Positions 9,131 to 17,128 of a DNA stretch of 64,000 bases are shown here, piece by piece (position 1 is the first letter of the stretch; every line of letters begins with the position of its first letter). Source of the DNA: a virus. The translations under genes and the position numbers were made by a program. The notes under the pieces were generated by a model, which was given only the letters and a program-made list of their open reading frames with translations, did no database searches and was not told where the DNA came from. The DNA is taken from IMG/VR virus record IMGVR_UViG_3300045988_129927; one strand, written 5' to 3'.

Positions 9131-9147
9131 ATATTATTTATTTATTT

Positions 9148-9552
9148 TTAAGCTGTAATATTCTTCAGTTCTAAACGATTTTCAATCATCTTCTTGATAT
9201 CTATAACCATGTCAGCATGATTATAAATAAGCCAATTAGGTGTTCTACTGATTATCTTAGAAACAATCTCTTCTTCAGCTTCTTTTGTCAATACGACACG
9301 ATTTTCTGAATTCAATTCTGCTTTGACAATCTGTAGTTCTACACCATTCCAGAAGACTTGAGCTAAGCTCATCCCAGCACCACACGCATAGTCGTTATTA
9401 CACACTGTTAAGAGCTTATTGACTTTATGATAAATTCTTATATCCAAAGTCTTGACATTAAACAGTTTCGTATAAAGAGATGTAATAAACAAAGTTCTAA
9501 TTAAACGCTCTGGGAGTAGAAATTTTAGAATTTTATAGATTATACTCATCAT
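9148..9552 (-). CDS. Hypothetical protein
   Basis: 134-aa ORF, 14 nt downstream of the RNase H gene on the same strand. It ends at bidirectional hairpin 9096..9130. Confidence 0.55.
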   Translation of the reverse strand: MMSIIYKILKFLLPERLIRTLFITSLYTKLFNVKTLDIRIYHKVNKLLTVCNNDYACGAGMSLAQVFWNGVELQIVKAELNSENRVVLTKEAEEEIVSKIISRTPNWLIYNHADMVIDIKKMIENRLELKNITA

Positions 9553-9566
9553 GGTAGGCTATCCTG

Positions 9567-11195
9567 TTAATCAAGTAGAATTTGAGATACCCCTACGCCT
9601 TCCCAAATTCCATAGTTTTTAATTGTAAGTTTTTCCTCACTTAACTTTTCATGTAAAGTTACTAGAAAAGCAAAACGATACAAAGCACACGAAGTATGCC
9701 ATACCAGAAGTTTTACAGATGGATATTCTTGTTCAAAATATTTCATCTGATTTCTTCTTGGCATGTCGATACCACAGGTTAAAATAATATTCTTAACTTG
9801 CTTTTCTTTCACAAATTCATCACCACCAAATTCAATAGGAACTTTAATGGATTTCATTGTGTTAGTGTGCTCTTTAAGTAACGTCTTACCTATTACCGTT
9901 TTAATATTATTTCCCTGTAAATCTTCTACGACTTCCATTTCTTTAGTAGAATAAAACAATTCAGTTAAATCTACTGCTTTAACTAAAGGACTATTATCTT
10001 TATACAAATCTAATACATTCTGCAAAGCAGAAATATTATCAATGTTCTTCATCCCTAAGTATACTGGGTCGTTCACATATGTCAGTGTACTACCGTCTAC
10101 TGTTTCTAGGTTAGGAACACCTTGTGGACGAGAGATAAAGATATTACCGTATTTTGCTAACTTACGGTAAGTCTTAGTATTAGCAATATTGTCTAACATC
10201 AGACAATACATTAAGTTATTATAACCATAATGTTGATTTAACCATTTGTTTTGTTCCTCCTCTACCATTTCGATGACAGGGTTTCTATCCTTCATGTAGA
10301 CAATGCCAATTTGTGCGTCAGGGATTTGTTTACCGATATAGATATCTTCAACCTGATATCCTGGGTTGCCAACATAGAAAAGATTTTTATCAGTTCTACC
10401 ACCGAAACTAAAATAAAGTCGTTTATTAACCAATAGAGGGTGTATCGGTTCTGGTTTTTTGTCTATTTTTAATTCCTCTATTGTGACCTCACGATATACT
10501 TCATCTAATGTATCTGGAAAGTAAAGTTTGTTATTGGATAATGAAGCACCAATACTGGCACAGTTATCTGCAAACATATTGCTGATGTTTGAAATGGTAC
10601 GACTATCTTTGATGTTATCCCCATGACCTTTAATCCACTTAATAGAATAAGGAATCTTATTAGCACGGAGGATATTTCTTTCTTTGTAGATTTCTTCCCA
10701 TATTTCTTTATTATTAATGGGTTTACCAGAACCAGTAATGAAATCAGTAGACTTCCATTTATCTAACCAACCCATACCTTTAATAATGTATTCAGAGTCA
10801 GTAAAAATAATACAAACATCAGGATGTTCTTGATTAATAATTTTTAGTGCTTGTAAGAATGCGAGTAACTCACCCACATTATTACTACCAATAGTACCTG
10901 TACCCTTACACCATTCTACCATGTTTGTAATCTTAACATCGTAAAATGATTCATCGTCTAGTACAGATTTAACAAACTCATCTAAGTTTCCAATACTAGG
11001 GTATTCTTTTACTTTCTGCATTTTAATATCAGTAAAGCCCTTACTAGTAGGTCTAATACCCTTGATTGGAAATACCTTTTCAGCTTCCTCATTAGAGAAA
11101 GTATAATAATAAAGACCCGACCCTACTGGGCCTGGGTTTCTTTTAAAGTTACCGCCATCGCAGTAAATAATGAGTCCTTTACCAGTATAAGACAT
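9567..11195 (-). CDS. rnhA: RNase HI domain fused to a ~320-aa C-terminal domain of unknown function
   Basis: The N-terminal ~215 aa carry RNase HI motifs in order: IIYCDGGNFKRNPGPVGSG, SNNVGELLAFLQAL, IFTDSEYII, WIKGHGDN...NMFADNCAS. The remaining ~320 aa have no recognisable motif. RBS is TAGGAAC. Confidence 0.8.
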   Translation of the reverse strand: MSYTGKGLIIYCDGGNFKRNPGPVGSGLYYYTFSNEEAEKVFPIKGIRPTSKGFTDIKMQKVKEYPSIGNLDEFVKSVLDDESFYDVKITNMVEWCKGTGTIGSNNVGELLAFLQALKIINQEHPDVCIIFTDSEYIIKGMGWLDKWKSTDFITGSGKPINNKEIWEEIYKERNILRANKIPYSIKWIKGHGDNIKDSRTISNISNMFADNCASIGASLSNNKLYFPDTLDEVYREVTIEELKIDKKPEPIHPLLVNKRLYFSFGGRTDKNLFYVGNPGYQVEDIYIGKQIPDAQIGIVYMKDRNPVIEMVEEEQNKWLNQHYGYNNLMYCLMLDNIANTKTYRKLAKYGNIFISRPQGVPNLETVDGSTLTYVNDPVYLGMKNIDNISALQNVLDLYKDNSPLVKAVDLTELFYSTKEMEVVEDLQGNNIKTVIGKTLLKEHTNTMKSIKVPIEFGGDEFVKEKQVKNIILTCGIDMPRRNQMKYFEQEYPSVKLLVWHTSCALYRFAFLVTLHEKLSEEKLTIKNYGIWEGVGVSQILLD

Positions 11196-11222
11196 AATGT
11201 TTAGTTCCTATAGTTAAAGTGA

Positions 11223-11239
11223 ATTGAGAGTATTGAGAG
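11223..11239 (-). promoter_or_regulatory. Tandem ATTGAGAG x2 (9-nt period) upstream of the RNase H gene
   Basis: Copies at 11223..11230 and 11232..11239 lie 28-44 nt upstream of the ATG at 11195. On the minus strand they read CTCTCAAT a CTCTCAAT. Confidence 0.25.
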
Positions 11240-11276
11240 ATTACTTTTTTCATAGAAACCAAACATCTGTTTTTAT

Positions 11277-11588
11277 TTACATTGTGCCAGCTGGTGGCGG
11301 TGGCATATATTTTCGGTCAATGTGCTTAACTACAATGTCATGTAATTTCCTATTTTCTGATTCTAATTGTCTATTTTCTTTTTTCAATTTTTCGTACTTA
11401 ACATTCACCTCGTTGAATGCATCGTAGTAAACAATCAGTCTTTTAGTGACCATGAAATTATAAAATAAAGAAGCACATACTACAATTACTAATAGTATAC
11501 GAAATTTATGATGTTGATAAGCTTTACCTGGTCTTACATCTTTACCGATGATAAGCTCCCAGATAAAGCCAAAAATTATTTTCCACAT
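11277..11588 (-). CDS. Small membrane-anchored coiled-coil protein (i-spanin-like or FtsB-like architecture)
   Basis: Start moved to the ATG at 11588 (MWKIIFGF...) after AGGAGAATAAACATA. It has hydrophobic segments (IIFGFIWELII and ILLVIVVCASLFYNFMV), then the heptad stretch KYEKLKKENRQLESENRKLHD and a C-terminal PPPP. Confidence 0.55.
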   Translation of the reverse strand: MWKIIFGFIWELIIGKDVRPGKAYQHHKFRILLVIVVCASLFYNFMVTKRLIVYYDAFNEVNVKYEKLKKENRQLESENRKLHDIVVKHIDRKYMPPPPAGTM

Positions 11589-11643
11589 TATGTTTATTCT
11601 CCTATAGTTATTCATTGTATATTAGTATATTTAAGGACAAAAA

Positions 11644-12990
11644 ATGAGTAAATCTATTAAAGCATTTGCACAACACGATTTCTTCGTGACTAACACCAGA
11701 ATGGAAGAACATCGTTTTGGTGAACTATCTACAGAATCTCGTACTTACGAGAAAGATATTGCATTATATACCCACAATACAGATAAGTCAATCACTTTAG
11801 CACTATTTCGTTCTACTGACAACAATAGACGTGTCGAGATTGCATCAAATGATTTGAATCTGACTTTAGATATTGTTAAACATATCTACGATTATGTATT
11901 GCGTTCAGCTCGTGAAATCTACGTAGATGAATTGAAACGTAATCTATTAGATACTTTCCGTACACGTGCTCAGATGTTCCAATTAGGCAATGTCGTTACA
12001 GACGGTAACTACTATTGTGTTCAATGGGTATCCTGGAAAGACAATAACAATAATGAATTCCACGTATGGTTTAGTGATAAATCATTTAAATCAGAATACG
12101 ATGATTTTGAAATTGAGATTGTCCCTCCAGTAGATGCAATGGATGTATTTTTTACTACACGTACTCAAGTAGAAGCTGAATTGGCTAAAACCCCAGTTAA
12201 TCTATTGACTAAGAAAGCTAATGCTAAAAAAGGTTCTTCACCTGTTACCGTGTTTCGATTGGATATCTTCAAATGGCACAATCCAGTTAACCGTAGACCA
12301 GAATTAGATACCAATTGGTATGTATTAATCTGGGGTGATGCAGGTGACAATATTGACTCTGTACGTGAGAAGATTCAAGAAACTATTTTAGCTAATTCTT
12401 CACACAGTCGAGATGAATGGAAAGAAGTATTCCCAGAAATCTTTAAACGCAATGAATTCATTATTGTACCACAATGGGATGTATTCAGTAACGAGAATAA
12501 AGTAAAAGAGAAAGCCTCTTTATATTCTCCAGCCATGAATTATAAAGAAGCCTTTACTAAGTATGGTAAACCTTTCATGAATGAAATGCCAGATGCACAC
12601 ATTCAAGATAACTTACAAGTTACTTCATTGTACTATCGTTCTATTACTTCTAGTGTTTGTGGTTCTCCAGAAAACAGAGACAATAAATTTAAAATCAGAG
12701 ACATGTTCCCTGACTTTATTGACGTACCTTCTACCTCTACTGACTTTAACTATCAATCTACCCGTACACAAAACTGGTCTTTGAAGTTACAAGACATGAT
12801 GGCTGTTGCTGAAGAAATGACACCTACTTCTACACTACCACGTGAACGTTTAACTTTACCTGGTGGTGAAATCATTAATGGTGATAAGATTTATACTCGC
12901 GTTACCCGTAATGGTAAGCTATTCTTAGTCATGAACTTTGAGGGATTCCATTACTTAGTAGCTGCTAAGTATAACTTTAATAAAAAATAA
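11644..12990 (+). CDS. Hypothetical protein (possibly structural)
   Basis: 448-aa ORF with RBS AAGGACAAAAA. The next gene starts 11 nt after its stop. Confidence 0.7.
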   Translation: MSKSIKAFAQHDFFVTNTRMEEHRFGELSTESRTYEKDIALYTHNTDKSITLALFRSTDNNRRVEIASNDLNLTLDIVKHIYDYVLRSAREIYVDELKRNLLDTFRTRAQMFQLGNVVTDGNYYCVQWVSWKDNNNNEFHVWFSDKSFKSEYDDFEIEIVPPVDAMDVFFTTRTQVEAELAKTPVNLLTKKANAKKGSSPVTVFRLDIFKWHNPVNRRPELDTNWYVLIWGDAGDNIDSVREKIQETILANSSHSRDEWKEVFPEIFKRNEFIIVPQWDVFSNENKVKEKASLYSPAMNYKEAFTKYGKPFMNEMPDAHIQDNLQVTSLYYRSITSSVCGSPENRDNKFKIRDMFPDFIDVPSTSTDFNYQSTRTQNWSLKLQDMMAVAEEMTPTSTLPRERLTLPGGEIINGDKIYTRVTRNGKLFLVMNFEGFHYLVAAKYNFNKK

Positions 12991-13001
12991 GGAATAAATG
13001 A

Positions 13002-13664
13002 ATGTCTTCTTTAAATAACCCAACAGTAGGGTCAAAAGGATTATGGGAACTCAAAGCCCCTTTTAATTCTTTACTACCTGTTAATACTGCTTTAGAGTGT
13101 ACCGCAATATCTAATTATGGTCAACTCATTGCAATAGGTATTGACCCTTATGAAACGTATTATAAGAAGCATGAGATACCTGAAGCAACTTATAAAGAGC
13201 ACATGGAAACAGAAGGCAGGATAGTATTCCTAAGAACTGATTCTGGACAACGATATTCATTCCCATTACATTACTTAGTATCTTATCCTATTGGCACAGG
13301 TGTGAATTATGTGAGTATGGGTATTGGCATTCGTTTAGGTGCTATGCCATTAAATACTAATTTAGATTTGTTAATTGAACAAATTAAAGAATTATGTAAT
13401 TTAAATGTAGGTATTGAGATACATGCTGAGGCCATGGCTTTGTCTGAAATACACATTATTTCAAATCAAGACCATGAGAGAATCAAATCAGTAAGAGAGA
13501 CACGTAAGAAGGAACAAACTCCTGCGTTGGCTAAGATTACTGAATTGGCTAAGAGAGATGCGGATAAAGGAGCTAAACTGAAAATAGCTGAAGAGAAAGT
13601 CATCGAATTAGTGAATAAAGTCGCTACCTTAGAAGCAGAAATTAAACAACTAAAAGCAAGATAA
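13002..13664 (+). CDS. Hypothetical protein with a C-terminal coiled coil
   Basis: 220-aa ORF with RBS AAGGAATAAATGA. The C-terminus reads KIAEEKVIELVNKVATLEAEIKQLKAR. Hairpin 13670..13704 plus a T-run follow. Confidence 0.65.
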   Translation: MSSLNNPTVGSKGLWELKAPFNSLLPVNTALECTAISNYGQLIAIGIDPYETYYKKHEIPEATYKEHMETEGRIVFLRTDSGQRYSFPLHYLVSYPIGTGVNYVSMGIGIRLGAMPLNTNLDLLIEQIKELCNLNVGIEIHAEAMALSEIHIISNQDHERIKSVRETRKKEQTPALAKITELAKRDADKGAKLKIAEEKVIELVNKVATLEAEIKQLKAR

Positions 13665-13669
13665 CATAC

Positions 13670-13704
13670 TACTACTAGGATACCTATACGGTATCCTAGT
13701 AGTA
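13670..13704. terminator. Bidirectional hairpin between convergent genes
   Basis: TACTACTAGGATACC tatac GGTATCCTAGTAGTA: a 15-bp perfect stem, followed by TTGTTTTT on the plus strand. Confidence 0.75.
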
Positions 13705-13711
13705 ATTGTTT

Positions 13712-14572
13712 TTAAGCTAAACCACTTATTTCCCAAGAAACTTCATTTAAAGCACGTACTGTCATTTCTTGATTAAATATAGAAGCACTGAATGCTTCAA
13801 TGAATTCTGCCACACAAGCTACAGCATTACCTACTTTAGCAACCAGTTGTTTAGAGAATCCATCTTGTTTTGCTAAATCAGATAACTCTTTCACATAATT
13901 CATTGTAGTTTCTACAGAAACCATTAATTTACGACGGTCGATTAAGTTAAAGTTATTATTAGCTTTACGAGTAATGTTAATAGATTCAATTAACTCACCA
14001 TTGTTTTTAAATACATCACCATAAGGACGCATAGCATTAAATTCATTACCTTTACGAATCTTGCTAAGAGTATCTAAATCTTTTTTCAATTCTTTCAGAG
14101 CTTTTACATAGAGTGCATCTGAGAAAATAGTAGCATCTTTAATACCATCTTGTGTGGAAATAATACGACCAATGTCAGAACGCAATTGTTCAACTAAACC
14201 CATAGTATTTTTAAATGTCTCAGACATTTTCAAACCATGGGACGTGTAAGTAACATAGGTGGTATTCATACCTGCTGGTACGGATACTTGACGGTCGATT
14301 AAATAAGCGTAGTTATTAGTAAATCCTTTACTGGTCAATTTACGAACCGCTTCTTCATCTACTGAAAGCTGCTTTTGTTCTGTTTCAGTTAGTTTGTTTA
14401 CACCTAATCTTAAAGCGTTAAAACCTTTACTAAAAATACCAGTAATCGCTTGAATCAAACCTTCGTTACTTAACTGGATATCTTTCAATTCAGATACGGA
14501 GAAATTGAGTTGCTCAATCGATACTTCCAATGGAACATTCCATTGATTTTTTAATGCATCAAATTTACTCAT
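13712..14572 (-). CDS. Hypothetical protein
   Basis: 286-aa ORF, a single-gene minus-strand unit between hairpin 13670..13704 and the 120-bp divergent control region 14573..14692. Confidence 0.65.
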   Translation of the reverse strand: MSKFDALKNQWNVPLEVSIEQLNFSVSELKDIQLSNEGLIQAITGIFSKGFNALRLGVNKLTETEQKQLSVDEEAVRKLTSKGFTNNYAYLIDRQVSVPAGMNTTYVTYTSHGLKMSETFKNTMGLVEQLRSDIGRIISTQDGIKDATIFSDALYVKALKELKKDLDTLSKIRKGNEFNAMRPYGDVFKNNGELIESINITRKANNNFNLIDRRKLMVSVETTMNYVKELSDLAKQDGFSKQLVAKVGNAVACVAEFIEAFSASIFNQEMTVRALNEVSWEISGLA

Positions 14573-14600
14573 GTTAAATGACTTTCTTCTTAATTATGGT

Positions 14601-14618
14601 TAAAAAATAGCTAAATAA
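14601..14618 (+). promoter_or_regulatory. 18-mer TAAAAAATAGCTAAATAA upstream of the recombinase gene
   Basis: It matches 52814..52831 at 17 of 18 positions. Both lie on the plus strand in divergent control regions 75-110 nt before a replication/recombination gene. Confidence 0.3.
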
Positions 14619-14692
14619 ATTGTCTCTCCCAATATATTTGAATACATTATATTTAACCCCCCGACAAACAGATTTTCAATAAAGGACATAAC

Positions 14693-16213
14693 ATGGCTAT
14701 TGAAGGTTTCTTTCAAATGGAAGCGAAGACATCACCATATCTTCGCGCAAATATTAATATCGGTTGCTTAATGGATATTCTAACAGGTGCACCTGTATTA
14801 GGAGAACATGGACGTTATATTACAAACGGTGGACATAATGGTTCCGTTGTAATTGTAGGTCCTGGTAACTCATATAAATCCGCTATTGCTGACTATATTA
14901 GTCAGATTTGTGCATTCCGTTTACATCGTTATTCTACTGGTCAAAAATACGATACAGAGAATAATGTGTTTATGCCAGGCTTAGAAGCACGTCTACGTCG
15001 TATCGTTCGTCCTGACCATGAACCAGACTGGTTCCAATCAGGTCGTTGGATTGTGACTGAATCAGCCATCTATAAAGGTGACGAATGGTTTAAGATGGCA
15101 AAAGACTGGATGTACGCTAAGAAAAAAGCAGGTTCTAAAATGATGGTGGAAATCCCTATTCTAGATAGGGAAGGTAAGAAGATTAAAATTCTATTACCTA
15201 CCCATATTACATTGGACTCTGCTTCTAAGTTTGAAGGTTCTCAAATTAATGAATTGCGTGATAAAACAGACTTAGGTGATGCCAAACAAAATATGCTTCA
15301 CATGACTTCTGGTAAAATTAAACGCAACATGATTGACGAACTACCAGATATCTTAGTAGGTACAAATACTTATTTAACCACTACTGTCCACTATGGTGAG
15401 AAATATCAGCTTGATCCATATGCGCCAGTACACCAACCACTTCAACATTTAGACCGTGGTATGCAATTGAAAGGTGTTCCTAATAACATTAACTATCTTG
15501 CCATGACCATGTGGTTGATTCGTGGTGTAGCAAAATTGAACAAATACGATAAAAACCAAATGGATTATCCATTAAAAGGTGTTGGCGTAGACAATAACCC
15601 AGATGACTTAAACGTAGTAAGCATGAAAATGTTACGTTGTAAAACAGGCCCATCAGGTGTGACTGTAAACGTAGTGGTATCGCAGAAGTACGGTGTATTG
15701 GAAGAATTGACTAACTTCCATTTCTTACGTACTCATGGTTTCTTTGGCTTAAAAGGCGATATGTCTTTGAATGGTAGCTTTAAAGATTCTTACTGTGTAT
15801 TACGCCCTGAAGTAAAATTAGCTCGTACTACTGTTCGTAGTTTGATGGATGAAGACCTTCGTTTGGCTCGAGCTATTCAGATTTGTGCAGACATGTTGCA
15901 GATGAAAGAATACTGGCGTGCAGCATTAGGTAATATTGATGTTCGACTTCTTGACCTTACTCCAGAAACACTCTACGAGAAAGTCAAAGAACAAGGTTAC
16001 GACTGGGACATCTTATTGAATACACGTCCATGGTATTCTGCAGACGATGACGACCATTGTCAACTAGAACTCTCTACATTAGATATTATGCGTATTGCAT
16101 TAGGTACTTATCACCCATTCTGGTTAGAAGCTGATAAGAAAACCATCAAGAAAAAATATCGTAAAGAGTTTGTTAAATCAATCACTGAAATGATTGAAGA
16201 ATCTTCTAAATAA
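14693..16213 (+). CDS. UvsX/RecA-like recombinase
   Basis: It is collinear with T4 UvsX as I recall it. VVIVGPGNSYKSAIADYISQ matches LLILAGPSKSFKSNFGLTMVS (Walker A). KYDTENNVFMPGLEARL matches FYDSEFGITPAYLRSMG. ITLDSASKFEGS matches VFIDSLGNLASK (Walker B). RBS is AAAGGACATAAC. Confidence 0.6.
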   Translation: MAIEGFFQMEAKTSPYLRANINIGCLMDILTGAPVLGEHGRYITNGGHNGSVVIVGPGNSYKSAIADYISQICAFRLHRYSTGQKYDTENNVFMPGLEARLRRIVRPDHEPDWFQSGRWIVTESAIYKGDEWFKMAKDWMYAKKKAGSKMMVEIPILDREGKKIKILLPTHITLDSASKFEGSQINELRDKTDLGDAKQNMLHMTSGKIKRNMIDELPDILVGTNTYLTTTVHYGEKYQLDPYAPVHQPLQHLDRGMQLKGVPNNINYLAMTMWLIRGVAKLNKYDKNQMDYPLKGVGVDNNPDDLNVVSMKMLRCKTGPSGVTVNVVVSQKYGVLEELTNFHFLRTHGFFGLKGDMSLNGSFKDSYCVLRPEVKLARTTVRSLMDEDLRLARAIQICADMLQMKEYWRAALGNIDVRLLDLTPETLYEKVKEQGYDWDILLNTRPWYSADDDDHCQLELSTLDIMRIALGTYHPFWLEADKKTIKKKYRKEFVKSITEMIEESSK

Positions 16214-16224
16214 AGGAAATCAAA

Positions 16225-17052
16225 ATGACTGAATTGAATAACACTAATGAAGAACAAGTAATCGAATTGACTAAAGAAACAGCTCAAGAGATTAATGACG
16301 AATATGCTAAAATGGCTGGTGAAGAACCAGTAAAAGTAGAAGATACTCTAAATAAAACAGGTTTGAAAGATGAGACATTTGAAGCTCTGATTACTGACCC
16401 TAATTTTATTTTGAGTGATTTGAAAAAGCTGATTGATAAACATGGTCTCTTTACATTGACTGATTTGTTTAATTTCATGGGATTTAATATCAATACCTTG
16501 AAAGCAGTAATTTATAACAAATCTATTACTGAACAAATCTTTCTTTTGTCTCGTGAACTTCGTTTGTTCTTGTTCCGCATTGGTGAACTATCTGGTAAGA
16601 AAGAAGATGGTTATAACACACGTGAGATTCGTTCTTTATTGGGTGAAACCATGACTTCTAAGGAATGGTTAGAGTTACTAGATACTCAAATCCTCCCTTA
16701 CATTGGCTACTATGTAGAACATGGCAAGATTGACCGTGAATGGTTTACTCGCGAAGAGAATAAGATTGAATCTCAAGAAGAAGCTACCGCCGCCGTTGTT
16801 CGAGAGGCATTTGAAACTAATCGTAAATTAGCAAATGAGATGATGCAGATGAACGAAGAAATTAAAGTTCTATTTGATGAAGATGGTAATGTACGCGAAG
16901 GCGAAGATACAGACAATCTTCAACTGGAGCACGGTGAAGAAACTGTTCTTGAAACTAATGACGAGGAAGTCAAAGAAGCTCAAGAACACCTCGACCACGC
17001 TGGTGAGACAGTAGTGGAAGAAAAGCCAGTACAAGAACAAACCCAACAGTAA
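16225..17052 (+). CDS. Hypothetical acidic protein
   Basis: 275-aa ORF with RBS AAAGGAAATCAAA. It is Glu/Asp-rich at both ends (C-terminus EHGEETVLETNDEEVKEAQEHLDHAGETVVEEKPVQEQ). Hairpin 17065..17090 follows. Confidence 0.65.
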   Translation: MTELNNTNEEQVIELTKETAQEINDEYAKMAGEEPVKVEDTLNKTGLKDETFEALITDPNFILSDLKKLIDKHGLFTLTDLFNFMGFNINTLKAVIYNKSITEQIFLLSRELRLFLFRIGELSGKKEDGYNTREIRSLLGETMTSKEWLELLDTQILPYIGYYVEHGKIDREWFTREENKIESQEEATAAVVREAFETNRKLANEMMQMNEEIKVLFDEDGNVREGEDTDNLQLEHGEETVLETNDEEVKEAQEHLDHAGETVVEEKPVQEQTQQ

Positions 17053-17064
17053 ATAATTAGACAT

Positions 17065-17090
17065 CCTACGTAATCTTATGATTACGTAGG
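17065..17090 (+). terminator. Hairpin between tandem plus-strand genes
   Basis: CCTACGTAATC ttat GATTACGTAGG: an 11-bp perfect stem. Confidence 0.6.
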
Positions 17091-17100
17091 TGTTTATATT
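17090..17100 (+). promoter_or_regulatory. GTGTTTATATT box immediately after a hairpin, 29 nt before an ATG
   Basis: An identical 11-mer occurs at 23648..23658 (19 nt before the ATG at 23677). Looser minus-strand copies are GGTGTTTTATTATTGTT (47731..47748) and GTGTTATTTATT (32651..32663), each just downstream of a hairpin. Confidence 0.3.
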
Positions 17101-17128
17101 GTTATATGTTTTTATAAGGTAGTTCAAA

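Noticed and set aside
14647-14652. A perfect TATAAT on the minus strand next to an unusual C6/G6 run (14657..14662), considered as a host sigma-70 promoter for gene 13712..14572.
   Set aside because: No acceptable -35 hexamer lies at 16-18 nt spacing. TTGTCG is only 10 nt away and TTGAAA is 22 nt away. TATAAT is expected by chance in DNA this AT-rich. I left it uncalled.
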